From Candidatus Hydrogenedentota bacterium (GTDB taxonomy: Bacteria; Hydrogenedentota; Hydrogenedentia; Hydrogenedentales; SLHB01), in NCBI GenBank assembly GCA_963674865.2, contig CAXXYE010000011.1, forward strand, positions 160,001 to 224,000: DNA of 64,000 nt, read 5' to 3'. The notes beneath the pieces are model-generated. The model ran no database searches and was not told where the DNA came from. It saw only the letters and a list, made by a program, of their open reading frames with translations. Within the stretch, counting starts at the first letter, position 1; the number at the start of each line of letters is the position of its first letter. Positions 27,224 to 38,108 of this stretch are shown here, one piece after another. The translations under genes and the position numbers were made by a program.

Positions 27224-29302
27224 TTGGGCGGCGAACACCAGGAGCGAACGTTCACTATCCCCTGCCCGAACTGCGGCGGCCGACTCAGGATCCTTGAAAG
27301 GCACGCGGGCAGGCCTGGGAAGTGCGTTCAGTGTGGCGGAAGCTTCACGGCTGTCCCGGGGCACGGCGCAACTCCTGACTCGTCGCCACCGTCCCGCTGG
27401 AAGCGCATTTTCGGCGGGAAGCGTGCCGCAGTTGCCGTCCTCTTACTTGCCGGCGTCTCGGTGCTCTGCGCTCTCGTGTTCTTCGCCGCTGTTGGCAGAA
27501 CCCAAGACGCCACGCCGGCTCGAACGCTGGCAAAACCAGCAGTGTCCGAAGGAGGCCAGAGTGGCGAAGCCCAAGGGGCCAAGGCGCCGGAATCCCAATC
27601 GGCTCTCCCGGAGCATGTCATCATGGACCCGAGCGGGGATGCGTCGCCGGGTGCGCCTGGACATGTGGATATTCAGCGGCTTGCGGTGAAACAGTCGGGA
27701 TCAAACATCCTGTTCAAATGGGATTTGGGCGGCAACCCTCGGGAGAACGAACGCCAGTATTACTTCCTTGCGTTCGACACGGATCTCGACGCAGGAACCG
27801 GACAGCGTTGGGGCGATGTCGGGGCCGAACTCAAAGTGCGCATCCACAGCGCGGCAGACTTGGTGTATTTCACGCCCCGCGGCGAAGTGTTCAAGGAGAT
27901 ACTCGGTCGGCCAGTTAGTTTTGACAGGCACAGCATATACCTTTCATTGAAGCGAGAGGACATACCGGCCTGTCGGTTTCGACTCTATTTCGAGTCTTCC
28001 GGGGAGACGCCCTACGCCGATCGCGGTTCAACCACGACACTCGAGCTTGACGCCGCCGCGTCCGATGCTCGTCTTGTGGTAGAGGCCGACGGAATCGTTT
28101 TGAAGGCCGCTCCCCCGCTCATCAACATTCCCCAACGAGGCGAATCCGTTCAGCTTCATTGCTCCGTCGAGGCCGCGGGAGGCAGGACCCTCCTGTCACC
28201 GGAGCAGGTGGAATACGAGGTCTTCCACCCCGTTCAGAAACCCGGCCTCGGCTCGGCTTCGTCCGTCATTTCCGTGGATCAGAATGGCATGGCGCGCTAC
28301 CACAAGGAAGGTTTTGTCTTTGTCCGTGCGCGCCTCAACGATTTCTCCCTGATGTCGGAGCGCGTCATCATTGCAACGGGAACAGTCTTGGGGAATCCCG
28401 GAAAGGATCGCGTGATAGGCGTGTTTCCGCTGGACTATGTGCCCAGTGGCTCTCAGCACTCCTTCGGGTGGATGGTTGAACACTATCCGGATTTCATCAC
28501 CACCCTCAACACGGCCTATGACGTCACAAGTGAACTCTACGCAGGTTTCAGGCCGTTTGGCGGAGAGACTCAAGTCCTTGCCTTGCTCATCCTCGATAGG
28601 CACTGTGGAGGCAACAACAACCCTCTCGAGACAGCGCCCTCCGGCTACATGGAGCCGGCGCGCGGCACGCCACAGTATACGCTCATCATGCACGAGCTAG
28701 GGCACAACTTCGCTCTTTCCCAAGGTATGTGTCGACTATTGCAGGCGAATGGCGGGAAGCTCGCCAGGGCCGGACTTGCCGAAGCCGTCGCTTCCCTACC
28801 CGTCATCTACATCGCTCGCGAGTTCCAGCGCCGGCCCGAGTCCTACGGCATCTCAAGAGACTCCTTCGAATGGCAGTACTTCGATCAGTTCCTCCAGCGC
28901 GACATTCCCTACGCGCGAAACCAGTTGGCCGAGTTCGAGGGACTCATCTCCAGGGGGAAGGCCAAAGGGCTCTCTGACGGCAATGCCCCCTTTGACCACG
29001 TCGCCGCCTTCGCGGCCATCTTCCAGATGCATTCCTACGGATTCGCGGACGAGCCGAGTCCACATGGCAATCAAATGATACGTCGCTTCCTTGGCCTGTT
29101 CGGCGGCCGCGAACTCGCGGACTTTGACGGCCTCAAGGTCGAAACCTACTTCGCGGCGGCGTACTGCCACGCCGCCGGACTGGACATGAGAGGCCGCCTC
29201 AGGTTCTGGGGCTTCGTAGTCGATGACATCTACTTCGACAGACTGAGCCATACCATGGATCGAGGCCCGTCAGGCCTCGGTTCGCCGCATGCCGGCAGAT
29301 GA
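27224..29302 (+). CDS. Membrane-anchored protein: Zn ribbon, TM helix, Ig-like region, HEXXH metallopeptidase-like domain
   Basis: CPNC...CVQC, hydrophobic helix, IMHELGHNF; AGGAGG RBS. Confidence 0.7.
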   Translation: MGGEHQERTFTIPCPNCGGRLRILERHAGRPGKCVQCGGSFTAVPGHGATPDSSPPSRWKRIFGGKRAAVAVLLLAGVSVLCALVFFAAVGRTQDATPARTLAKPAVSEGGQSGEAQGAKAPESQSALPEHVIMDPSGDASPGAPGHVDIQRLAVKQSGSNILFKWDLGGNPRENERQYYFLAFDTDLDAGTGQRWGDVGAELKVRIHSAADLVYFTPRGEVFKEILGRPVSFDRHSIYLSLKREDIPACRFRLYFESSGETPYADRGSTTTLELDAAASDARLVVEADGIVLKAAPPLINIPQRGESVQLHCSVEAAGGRTLLSPEQVEYEVFHPVQKPGLGSASSVISVDQNGMARYHKEGFVFVRARLNDFSLMSERVIIATGTVLGNPGKDRVIGVFPLDYVPSGSQHSFGWMVEHYPDFITTLNTAYDVTSELYAGFRPFGGETQVLALLILDRHCGGNNNPLETAPSGYMEPARGTPQYTLIMHELGHNFALSQGMCRLLQANGGKLARAGLAEAVASLPVIYIAREFQRRPESYGISRDSFEWQYFDQFLQRDIPYARNQLAEFEGLISRGKAKGLSDGNAPFDHVAAFAAIFQMHSYGFADEPSPHGNQMIRRFLGLFGGRELADFDGLKVETYFAAAYCHAAGLDMRGRLRFWGFVVDDIYFDRLSHTMDRGPSGLGSPHAGR

Positions 29303-29608
29303 GCAGGCGCGCTCGAGCTTGCGCTCTAAGGTTTCTCACAGAAACGCAGCATCGCGGGCAGGCAACGCGCTGCGCCCCCGGCCCAAACGGTGCATGACTC
29401 TTCACTTAGACTCGCTTGTCGCGCCAGCCGACACCCCGGCTCTCGATTCTGCCGAAGAGCCCCCCGCCGACATCAGGAATTCCCGGCCGAATGACGCCGT
29501 TTCGGGAGTATGGATTGCATGATCCTGTGTCGCCCCGTCTTATCCGACAATGGCGAGCCATCGAGGCCGCCTTCGGCGGGGTGGGGGACGCGAAAGGAGC
29601 GTTAGGGA

Positions 29609-30580
29609 ATGCCTATGCAGGCGGTGGTATACAGCAGGTTCGGGCCTCCCGAGGTCCTCGAGGTGAAGGAGGTGGCGAGGCCGGTTCCCAAGGATAATGA
29701 GGTGCTGGTGCGGATTCATGCGACGGCCGTCGTGAATGAGGATCCGGGAATGCGCCGCTCGCCGGGCCTGAACGGCTTCGTTGAGCCGAAGCACCCGATA
29801 CTGGGCCAGGAACTGGCGGGGGAGGTCGAATCGGTAGGCAGGAGCGTGACGCGATTCGAGGCGGGCGACGAAGTCTACGGGGAAACCGGGATGCGCCTGG
29901 GCACCTATGCCCAGTACACCTGCATGCCGGAAGACGGGGCGCTGGCGCTCAAACCTGCGAATCTGAGTTATGAGGAAGCCGCCGCCATTCCCAACGGGGC
30001 ATTGACGGCCCTGGCCTTCCTCAGGGACAAGGCGCGCATCCGCAGCGGACAGGAAGTCCTCATCCATGGCGCTTCCGGCGCCGTCGGCACCGCCGCAGTG
30101 CAGCTTGCAAAGTACTTCGGGGCGGAGGTGACGGGCGTGTGCAGCACGGCCAATCTGGAACTGGTGCAATCCCTTGGCGCCGATAGAGTTATCGACTACA
30201 CGAAAGGGGACTTCACCAAGGCCGGCCGCACCTGCGACATCATCTTCAGCACGGTGGGCAAGACCTCATTCACGCGCTGCAAAGGCTTGCTGAAGCAGCG
30301 GGGCATCTACCTCGCGACGGTGCTCACGCCGGGCATTGTCCTCCAAACGCTCTGGACTTCGATGGTAGGCGGCAAGAAGGCGCTCATCACGTTCGCGGGA
30401 TTGAAGAAGCCGCGCGAAAAGGCCAAAGACCTTGCCTTTCTGAACAGACTCATCGAGGCGGGGGACATGAGGCCCGTCATCGACAGGCGCTATCCCTTGG
30501 ACGAGATCGCCGAGGCCCACAGGTACGTCGCCAAAGGCCACAAACGGGGCAACGTCGTCATCACCGTGAACCACAAATGA
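29609..30580 (+). CDS. NAD(P)-dependent MDR-family oxidoreductase
   Basis: ILGQELAG, VLIHGASGAVGTAAVQLA, GHKRGNVVI. Confidence 0.9.
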   Translation: MPMQAVVYSRFGPPEVLEVKEVARPVPKDNEVLVRIHATAVVNEDPGMRRSPGLNGFVEPKHPILGQELAGEVESVGRSVTRFEAGDEVYGETGMRLGTYAQYTCMPEDGALALKPANLSYEEAAAIPNGALTALAFLRDKARIRSGQEVLIHGASGAVGTAAVQLAKYFGAEVTGVCSTANLELVQSLGADRVIDYTKGDFTKAGRTCDIIFSTVGKTSFTRCKGLLKQRGIYLATVLTPGIVLQTLWTSMVGGKKALITFAGLKKPREKAKDLAFLNRLIEAGDMRPVIDRRYPLDEIAEAHRYVAKGHKRGNVVITVNHK

Positions 30581-30601
30581 TCCGCCCGAGGCCCGTGCGT
30601 T

Positions 30602-30661
30602 CTTGGACAGGATAGACGAGATTTTCAAGATTTCTGCGTTGAATCCTGCGATCCTGTCAAG
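30602..30661. repeat. REP-like intergenic inverted repeat
   Basis: GACAGGAT (30606) pairs with ATCCTGTC (30651); degenerate internal units of about 9 nt. Confidence 0.55.
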
Positions 30662-30812
30662 CGACTGCCCGAGACTCTGCCAGGGCCTTTCCTCAACGTG
30701 TGCTATGCTGCTGCGAGCCAGGCCGGGGGAATCTGTGCAGTCAGTGCACGACCGCCATTTCCGTCGCAGTTGCGCGGCTGCTGGCCGGCTGCAGGGAAGA
30801 CGAGGAAGAGAG

Positions 30813-31133
30813 ATGCTTCATTTCGGCAAGGATGGACAGGCTGTCAAGGGATGGTTCGCGGGGCCGTGGAACTCCGGCCTTCCCGTTGCCGTTGGATACG
30901 CGAATGCGGGCGTGGATGAACGGCACTACCATGCCGAGATGTATGAAGTCTACTTGGTTGCGCAGGGCAAGAGCACGGCCATCGTTGATGGCCAAACGGT
31001 GATGCTGGAAGCAGGAGGCGTGCTGATCGTCGAGCCAGGCGAGGTCCACACCTTCGTCGAGAGCACGCCTGATTACTATCACTTCGTCATTCACACACCC
31101 TTCGTCAAAGGGGACAAGCACTGCACACAGTGA
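30813..31133 (+). CDS. Cupin domain protein
   Basis: HYHAEMYEVY...VEPGEVH. Confidence 0.85.
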   Translation: MLHFGKDGQAVKGWFAGPWNSGLPVAVGYANAGVDERHYHAEMYEVYLVAQGKSTAIVDGQTVMLEAGGVLIVEPGEVHTFVESTPDYYHFVIHTPFVKGDKHCTQ

Positions 31134-31484
31134 GGCAGGCGTCGTGGGCCTTTGCCAACTCCACAGCCCGATTCGCCGGCAGGTTGCGGTGAATGAGTCC
31201 GAGTCTGTGTCCGTCCTGGCCTACTTTGCAGCCGCGTTTCACACAGGCCGACAGATACGGCTCGCGAGGCACGAGCGAACGCATCGATAGGTCGAGCGCT
31301 TGTGCTCGCTGGTGAGGAGGCAAGCCAGAACGAGGTCCTCGTCCGCCTGCTTCCGGCCAACGATACCGAGTTGGTTCAGAATCATGGTACTATCCCCCTC
31401 ATTCCCAAGAAGCCCGCACCACGCAGGTTTTCATCTTGTATGGATTTGGTTGTGGCGCAATGAAAGCACAGATGGAGCTGAAGA

Positions 31485-31844
31485 GTGAGACCGAGAGATG
31501 TCGTGAAGGAGTTTATTTCCGCATTCAATAATGCTGATGTGGTTGCTCTAAGTGACCTATATGCTGAAGACGCTGTTAACCATCAAGTGGCCGAGGAGCC
31601 TGTGAAGGGCCGCGAGGCTATACGCAAGATGTTTCAAGACGAGTTTGCCCGGGCGAAGATGACCTGTATTGTCGAGAACATATTTGAAGACGGGGAATGG
31701 GGCATGTTGGAGTGGCGTGACTCCCTTGGCTTACGGGGATGCGGCTTTTTCCATGTGGTTGACGGAAAGATAAAACTCCAGAGAGGATATTGGGACAAAC
31801 TGTCCTTCCTAAGGCAACAGGGGTTGCCACTGCCTCAAGAATGA
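31485..31844 (+). CDS. NTF2/SnoaL-like protein
   Basis: FISAFN, LYAEDAVNHQ, GCGFF, QRGYWD. Confidence 0.85.
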   Translation: MRPRDVVKEFISAFNNADVVALSDLYAEDAVNHQVAEEPVKGREAIRKMFQDEFARAKMTCIVENIFEDGEWGMLEWRDSLGLRGCGFFHVVDGKIKLQRGYWDKLSFLRQQGLPLPQE

Positions 31845-31944
31845 GCGACAGTGATCCGACCGCCATGACTGACGCTATCGTATGTCTCAAATCGCCGCGT
31901 GGATGCATAGTGACCCACTAAGAATCCAAGAGAGGACAACTTGA

Positions 31945-33246
31945 ATGATGGACCTAGTCTTTGAGCTGCCTATGGATGAAGAGAGGTTGAGACAGAGGCT
32001 ATTGCCTAGGAAGGTACTATTTGACCGATCACTGATACAATCCGTCTCTTCAATATTCCAGGAAGTGGAGGAATCCGGAGACCATGCAATCAAGGCGGCA
32101 ACTCAACGGTTTGACCTTATCGACATCCAGGCCGTGAAGGTGTCTGAGGAGTTCGTCGAGCGGAGTGTCTCTGGTCTTTCGCCACAATTCCGAGACGCCG
32201 TAGACGTGGCGATCAATAACATTGCCGAAGTCAACAGGGCACTAATGCCTGACCTAGATTGGCGAAGAGAGATTAGGCCTGGGACTGTGATTGGAGAAAA
32301 GTCTACACCACTGGAATCTGTCGCGCTATACGTCCCCGCTCGAAAGGCCCCCCTAGTTTCAACTGCGTTGATGCTCGTAACAGCAGCGCGAGTTGCGGGA
32401 GTACACCGGATTGTCGTTGGAATGCCTCCTCAGCAGGATGGACAACCCAACGCGTCTACCGTTGCGGCTGCAAAGCTCGCCGGGGCAACCGAATTCGTTG
32501 TGGGCAATGGCGTTGCTGTGATCGCTGGATTGACGATCGGCACAGAGTCAACACAAGAGGTCAATGCAATCTATGGGCCCGGGCCGGCGGGAATCGCGGC
32601 AGCGATGAGCGTGGCTTTCTCCTATGGAAAGCGAACCGTTGTGGGAATAGGACCCACTGATTGTGCCATCATCGCTGACGGAAGTGCAGATCCTGAGTGG
32701 ATTGCCCGGAACCTGATGTGCGAGGGGGAACATGGTCCCGATTCGTCAGTTCTGCTTGCTACCACGTCACGTGCCCTTGCCGACAACGTAGCTCAGGTTC
32801 TCGAACAGCGGATTCCTCTCGTACGAGAAGATCGGCGAGACGTTCTCACTGACGTGTTTGGCGCCCAAGGAATGGGATCCCTGGTTGTTTGCCCCGACAC
32901 AAGTGATGCTTGTCGGGTAATCAATGAGTTTGCCCCGGAGCATCTGATGTTGGCCTGTCCTGAAGGGGAGCAGGAGAAGGTACTGTCGATGGTTGTTAAC
33001 GCTGGCGAAATCCTCCTTGGACACTTCACACCCTTCTCTGCCGCCAACTACGCCATTGGAATCACTGCCGTGCTTCCAACCAATGGGTTTGCCCGGATCT
33101 TCTCCGGAATCACGTGCAAGGATATGCTCAAGACCTCGACGGTCGGAGGCCTGAATGAGTCCGCGCTCATGCAACTCGGCGTCTGCATCAATCAACTTGG
33201 CGAGCACGAAGGGCTTCCCTGTCACGCAGCGGCAGCGGCGAGATGA
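31945..33246 (+). CDS. Histidinol dehydrogenase-like protein (divergent)
   Basis: ALYVP, GPG, EHGPDS, FAPEHL, NAGEILLG, VLPTNG, EGLPCH. Confidence 0.85.
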   Translation: MMDLVFELPMDEERLRQRLLPRKVLFDRSLIQSVSSIFQEVEESGDHAIKAATQRFDLIDIQAVKVSEEFVERSVSGLSPQFRDAVDVAINNIAEVNRALMPDLDWRREIRPGTVIGEKSTPLESVALYVPARKAPLVSTALMLVTAARVAGVHRIVVGMPPQQDGQPNASTVAAAKLAGATEFVVGNGVAVIAGLTIGTESTQEVNAIYGPGPAGIAAAMSVAFSYGKRTVVGIGPTDCAIIADGSADPEWIARNLMCEGEHGPDSSVLLATTSRALADNVAQVLEQRIPLVREDRRDVLTDVFGAQGMGSLVVCPDTSDACRVINEFAPEHLMLACPEGEQEKVLSMVVNAGEILLGHFTPFSAANYAIGITAVLPTNGFARIFSGITCKDMLKTSTVGGLNESALMQLGVCINQLGEHEGLPCHAAAAAR

Positions 33247-33325
33247 TCGTCTTCAACTAGCCTGGCACGACACATTGCGCCAAGACTCGTGAGTTCCGGT
33301 TGGGCCCGCTCGCCTTCCACCCGAA

Positions 33326-35737
33326 TCATCCAACGCCTGGCGAGGCGTCTGTATCCCCGAGGCCGAATATAGGCTCCTTGGGGGTTGAACCGGGGACGGC
33401 TTGCAGGACTACCTCCCCGCCATATGCGGGGTCGATGAGGAGGATGGTTTGCCCTTGCTCTAGCGGCAAGCGCCAGCAATGGTTGTCGAGGGCCTCCACA
33501 CTCCCTTCCTCCGCCCCCTCAACCACGGGCGGGCCACTGAACTCGGCCTGGATGCGACAGGGCTCGCCCGCGAGGCTTGTCACTTGCGCCCATGCGATAC
33601 GCCCATCCACGCGGGCCGCACTCACGAGGAACGCTCCCTCGGCGCGCCACTGATGAAATACCACATCCGACCACGCCTTCGGGACGGCCGGGAAGAGCCG
33701 GATCAGCGGCCCGTCCGGGGCGTCCCAGCTCTGGATGAGCATGTCGTGGATGGCTTGGGCGGCGGACAAGGGCGTCTCGATGACGGGGCCCGCTTCCTTG
33801 TACATCGTATTGGGCTCGACGAACTTCTTGAATCCATTCAAGTAGTCCAAGGCGAGGTCGCCGTCGCGCAGGATGGCAGCCATCGAGGCGCCCCCGGTGA
33901 AGGAGTAGCCAAACAGGGCCTCGGGGAAGCTGTGCCAGTGTTCCAGCGAGCGGCGGATGCGCTCCGCGCCGCCCGGCTGCTCCGGATTAACGAGGTGCAG
34001 GGGATATACCATCAGCAGGTGCGAGAAATGCCGGTGGCTCGAATCCAGCGGCACACCGCGCGCGATTAGGAATCCATCTTCCCCGTCCTCTGGATAGGGC
34101 GTCAGCTTATCCAGGATGTTTCGCCATTCAGGCGCAAGCGGATCTTCGAGCCCCAAGCGCTCTGCCGCTCTCAGCAGCGTGCCCACGCCCCAGCGCAGGA
34201 GGGCGAGGTCGTAATTGCAATCCGGCCCATCCTTGTACTCCGGCGAATGCGTTGGGGGCAGATGAAGGCGCCCGTCCGGCCCTTCCTTGAGAAAATGCCG
34301 GTGGTAATTCACCGCGCGGCGCAGCACCGGAAACAGCACGTCCCGCAAGAGCTCCTCGTCCATCGTCATCCGGTATTGCAGCCAAACATCGTGGCAGGCC
34401 CAAAGGAGGTTGCCTACCTCCGCCCTCTCTTCCCCCGGAATCGGGACAAGGCCGGGATACCACGTGCCCCCCACGATGCGCGTAGTGGTCGAGCGCGGGA
34501 TTCCCGCCGAGTCCTCACGGTATTCGGGCCGCACATTGTTGATGAGATTAGGTAGATACTTCTTGAGGCTATGCGACAGAGGCTCGGCCAATTCCAGATG
34601 GTTTCCCGTGTACATGGGCCAATAAGTCAGCGCCACATTTAGGTTCCACCATGTCCCCGGCCAAGGCGTTTCTTGAGTCCATGGGCCCTGCAAGTCCAAG
34701 GTGACGCCATCCTGCCGCGTGGCCGAGCCCAACTTGTAGATCTGGTTCCAATAGAAGCTCTGCCAGTACGGATCGGACACCGAGAAAAAACTCTTCGCGA
34801 AGTAACTGCGCCACCAGGTCCGGTGTGTTTCCAGGAACGTGTTCATTGGCGTGGCGGCGGCTTCGTTGATTGCGCGCGACGCTTCTGCGGCGATATTGGC
34901 GACGTCGCCCGGCCATGCGTAGGCCACGCTCACCCACAACACCCGCCAGTCATCCTGCGTCGTCTCGCGCCATGCCGTGGCGTACCCGCCCTCTTCCAAC
35001 GGCTGTATCCACACCGGATTGCCCGCCGCTGTGTCGCCATGGCCCGCCGGATTTGGCCGCCAATCCTTGATGAGCGGATAGTCCGGACGCGTCACGCGAT
35101 GGACAGCGAGTCGCGGATGAACCGCCTCCTGCGGCGCCCACGTGAAGCCGCTTTCCGCCTCGCCTCTCTCGCCCTTCCAGAGAATCGCGATGGCCATCTT
35201 CTCGGCGTGTACCAATGTGCGATAGCGGATCGTCCCCTCGGTGGTGTAAAGTACGCCTTCGGCTTCCGCCTTCAGCAATTCGAGGCGCATATCGCATTTT
35301 GTCAGGTCGCCCGCCGTCGATAGCTCGAACGCGCCGATAGGCAGACGCCCCATCCCGTATGGAATGGCGCGGTGATCCTCGACGTCGCAGCGGCCTATCT
35401 GCCATTCCATGACCCGAGCGCTTTTCTTGCGGATGACTGTCCCCAGCATGCCGTTGCCCAGGTAGGGGGCCTCCCACCAGTCCTCGGGCAAGCGCGTCCA
35501 CACCGGGTCGTGGGCCGCCATGAAGGCATTCCAGTCGATGGCGTCTGTGATGGCGCTATGCTCCTCCGGGGCGCTTGTTTGGGCGACGGCGCCCGGGGCC
35601 AATAGAACCGCTGCAAATACAATTAAGGTGCATCCAAGACTTCCAGCCACTGATGTATACTCCTTCCCGTTTCTCGCAAGACGAAACGATTGTGCGCCAA
35701 GATCTTCCGAGGCGACTCGCCGATGCCCGCGGCGCAA
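33326..35737 (-). CDS. GH95-like glycoside hydrolase (alpha-L-fucosidase-like), secreted
   Basis: LGNGMLG, WWNLNV, HSPEY, HRHFSHL, VIETPL, LFPAVP..W; start codon uncertain. Confidence 0.85.
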   Translation of the reverse strand: MRRGHRRVASEDLGAQSFRLARNGKEYTSVAGSLGCTLIVFAAVLLAPGAVAQTSAPEEHSAITDAIDWNAFMAAHDPVWTRLPEDWWEAPYLGNGMLGTVIRKKSARVMEWQIGRCDVEDHRAIPYGMGRLPIGAFELSTAGDLTKCDMRLELLKAEAEGVLYTTEGTIRYRTLVHAEKMAIAILWKGERGEAESGFTWAPQEAVHPRLAVHRVTRPDYPLIKDWRPNPAGHGDTAAGNPVWIQPLEEGGYATAWRETTQDDWRVLWVSVAYAWPGDVANIAAEASRAINEAAATPMNTFLETHRTWWRSYFAKSFFSVSDPYWQSFYWNQIYKLGSATRQDGVTLDLQGPWTQETPWPGTWWNLNVALTYWPMYTGNHLELAEPLSHSLKKYLPNLINNVRPEYREDSAGIPRSTTTRIVGGTWYPGLVPIPGEERAEVGNLLWACHDVWLQYRMTMDEELLRDVLFPVLRRAVNYHRHFLKEGPDGRLHLPPTHSPEYKDGPDCNYDLALLRWGVGTLLRAAERLGLEDPLAPEWRNILDKLTPYPEDGEDGFLIARGVPLDSSHRHFSHLLMVYPLHLVNPEQPGGAERIRRSLEHWHSFPEALFGYSFTGGASMAAILRDGDLALDYLNGFKKFVEPNTMYKEAGPVIETPLSAAQAIHDMLIQSWDAPDGPLIRLFPAVPKAWSDVVFHQWRAEGAFLVSAARVDGRIAWAQVTSLAGEPCRIQAEFSGPPVVEGAEEGSVEALDNHCWRLPLEQGQTILLIDPAYGGEVVLQAVPGSTPKEPIFGLGDTDASPGVG

Positions 35738-36097
35738 TCGGCAATCCGGCCACCGGGGGCATGGTAAACATTGCGAACAGCCTCATCAACACGGCCGCCG
35801 GCAAGGGAGGGAGGGGAGCACCGGGCTCTTGATAAATGGCGAGCGCGCCGGAGATTGTGGCGCGGGCATCCTGCCTGCCTCCGGCGCGCGTGCTTGGGAT
35901 GCAGGACCACGCTTACGTGTGGATTCTGAGTCAGCCATCTGCCCTTGCCGATGGCCGCGAAACCGATTACAATCCCCGCTCAAGGAGTTGGGAAAGCTGC
36001 GGCACGGTTCATGGACATGGGCAGGAAAACGACGGACACGCCTTGTGTCCCTGTAGCGGCGGCTTGGCGAAAGTCTATCAAGAGTGAAGGGAATACC

Positions 36098-37336
36098 ATG
36101 TCGGTTAGCAACAACGACCGCCGCATTCTGAGAGAACTCGCGCAACGCGTCGCGGAAATCGCCGCGCTCCCGGTGCAACAGGAGACCATCTCGCTCTGGA
36201 AGGCCCATAACGGCCTGAAATCCGTGCGCCCGATGGTGATGATCGACCAGATCCCGTGGCACGAGATGGACGTTGAAGGCGAACTGACGCTGCAGGCCGA
36301 GGACAGTTTCTGCCGCAGGATGGAGAGAGGTCTTCGGAGGTCCCTCTACGCCTGGAAGCATATGCGCGCGGACATGGTCGTCGAGCCGGTGGTTGACGTC
36401 GCCAAGGTTATTCGCGGCGATGACTACGGCATCGAGATCGTTGAAGAAACCGCGCAAACCGATCCCACCAGCGATGTGCTCGGACACTTCTACATCGACC
36501 AAATCAAGACGGACGACGATATCGAGCGGATAAAGACGCCGCAATTGAGCCTTGACGAAGAGGCCACCAAACAGGCGCAGGAAACGGCGGAAGACCTGTT
36601 CGACGGCATCCTCACCGTTAGGATGCAGGGCAGAACGCCGGGCTTTGCGCCGTGGGATCGCATCGTCATGTGGCGCGGCGCCCAGAATGTGCTATTGGAT
36701 CTGGCTGCGCGTCCCGACTTCACGCACCGGCTCATGAGACGCTTCACGGATGCCATTCTTGCCTCGCTCGATCAGCTTGAAGCGCAGGGACTTCTCGGCC
36801 GTGATCAGGGCCGAATTCACTGCTCTGGCGCCTACACCGACGATCTCCCCGCGCCGGGCTATGACCCCGAACATACACGCCCCAAAGACCTCTGGACATG
36901 CGGTATGGCTCAGATCTTCGCCTCTGTCTCGCCCGCCATGCACCAGGAATTTGAGCTGGACTACGCGGCCCCGTGGTACGAGCGATTCGGCCTCGTTTAC
37001 TATGGGTGCTGCGAGCCTTTGGACGGCAAGATAGACATCATCCGCAAGATCCCCCACGTGAGGAAAGTCAGCATGAGTCCCTGGGTGGATGTCGAGAAGG
37101 CCGCTGAACAGATGGGGCGCGACCTCATCTTCTCACGCAAACCCAACCCCGCCTTCGTCGCCGGCAACTCGTGGGATCCGGGCATCGTCGAGCGGGATCT
37201 CCGCGACACATTCGAGCGGTGTGCGCGGCACGGATGCCCCCTCGAATATATCCTCAAGGACATCAGTACCGTCGGCTACCAGCCACAGCGGCTCTGGGAG
37301 TGGGCGGACATTGCCATGCGCATAGCCCAGGGATAG
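36098..37336 (+). CDS. Uroporphyrinogen decarboxylase-like TIM-barrel protein
   Basis: LRELA, VSPAMHQEF, YYGCCEPL, VSMSPW, FSRKPNP. Confidence 0.75.
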   Translation: MSVSNNDRRILRELAQRVAEIAALPVQQETISLWKAHNGLKSVRPMVMIDQIPWHEMDVEGELTLQAEDSFCRRMERGLRRSLYAWKHMRADMVVEPVVDVAKVIRGDDYGIEIVEETAQTDPTSDVLGHFYIDQIKTDDDIERIKTPQLSLDEEATKQAQETAEDLFDGILTVRMQGRTPGFAPWDRIVMWRGAQNVLLDLAARPDFTHRLMRRFTDAILASLDQLEAQGLLGRDQGRIHCSGAYTDDLPAPGYDPEHTRPKDLWTCGMAQIFASVSPAMHQEFELDYAAPWYERFGLVYYGCCEPLDGKIDIIRKIPHVRKVSMSPWVDVEKAAEQMGRDLIFSRKPNPAFVAGNSWDPGIVERDLRDTFERCARHGCPLEYILKDISTVGYQPQRLWEWADIAMRIAQG

Positions 37337-37469
37337 AGCAATCCGGGCAAGTGGGCGGGGCCGCGATGGTGAATGCTCGGTTTGGCTCGCGCCCCGTCTT
37401 GTTTGGGATGCAGGGGCAAAGGCTGTTTCGCTCGCGATGGAGGCGTAGGCAGGCCTCGGAGGTGGTTCT

Positions 37470-38066
37470 ATGGCCAATCAGCATGACGGTGCGGAGTTTC
37501 CTATCGACAGTTCGTCCCCTGAGGGGCCATCCGTCGGGGAGCAGTTCCTGGCGGAGATGCGCTGGCGGTTCGAGCACGATGCATGGAAGATTCGACGCTG
37601 CCTGGAGCAGTTGAACGACGACGAATTGGACTGGCGTCCCAATGACGCTTCAAACAGCGTCGCTACCATCATCGTCCACTTGTGCGGCAGCACCATGCAG
37701 TGGATGTCGGCCCTCGGTGGAAGGCAGCACGAGCGGGACAGGCCGGCGGAATTCGCCGCCGACAGAAGCGTCGGACGGCAAGAACTCCGGTGTCTTCTTG
37801 ACAGCACGCTAAAGGATTCGCTCGAAAAGCTGAGTGATCTTGAGCCGGCTAGGCTACAGGACTCGATCGTGATCCAGGGGTTTACCAATTCCTACCTTAC
37901 AGCCCTCTACTGCGTCGAAAGACATCAAGCGGAGCACATAGGCCAGATCGCCTACATTGTCAAGCTCAAGCGCGGCAGCGCCTTCGAGTCGCTTTGGATT
38001 CCAGAGAACAAGGAGCAGGCCGCTTCACCCTACGGTTACGGCTTCCATGCGCCAGGGATTGAATAG
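37470..38066 (+). CDS. DinB/DUF1572 family protein
   Basis: LDWRPN..SNS....HLCG, RDR..EF, H..EHIGQI. Confidence 0.8.
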   Translation: MANQHDGAEFPIDSSSPEGPSVGEQFLAEMRWRFEHDAWKIRRCLEQLNDDELDWRPNDASNSVATIIVHLCGSTMQWMSALGGRQHERDRPAEFAADRSVGRQELRCLLDSTLKDSLEKLSDLEPARLQDSIVIQGFTNSYLTALYCVERHQAEHIGQIAYIVKLKRGSAFESLWIPENKEQAASPYGYGFHAPGIE

Positions 38067-38108
38067 GCGGCCAAGGAGCGAGAAGTGTTCCTTGTGCCCT
38101 TACCCGCT

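Noticed and set aside
30813..33246. Integron cassette array
   Set aside because: No attC-like RYYYAAC...GTTRRRY sites and no integron integrase were seen.
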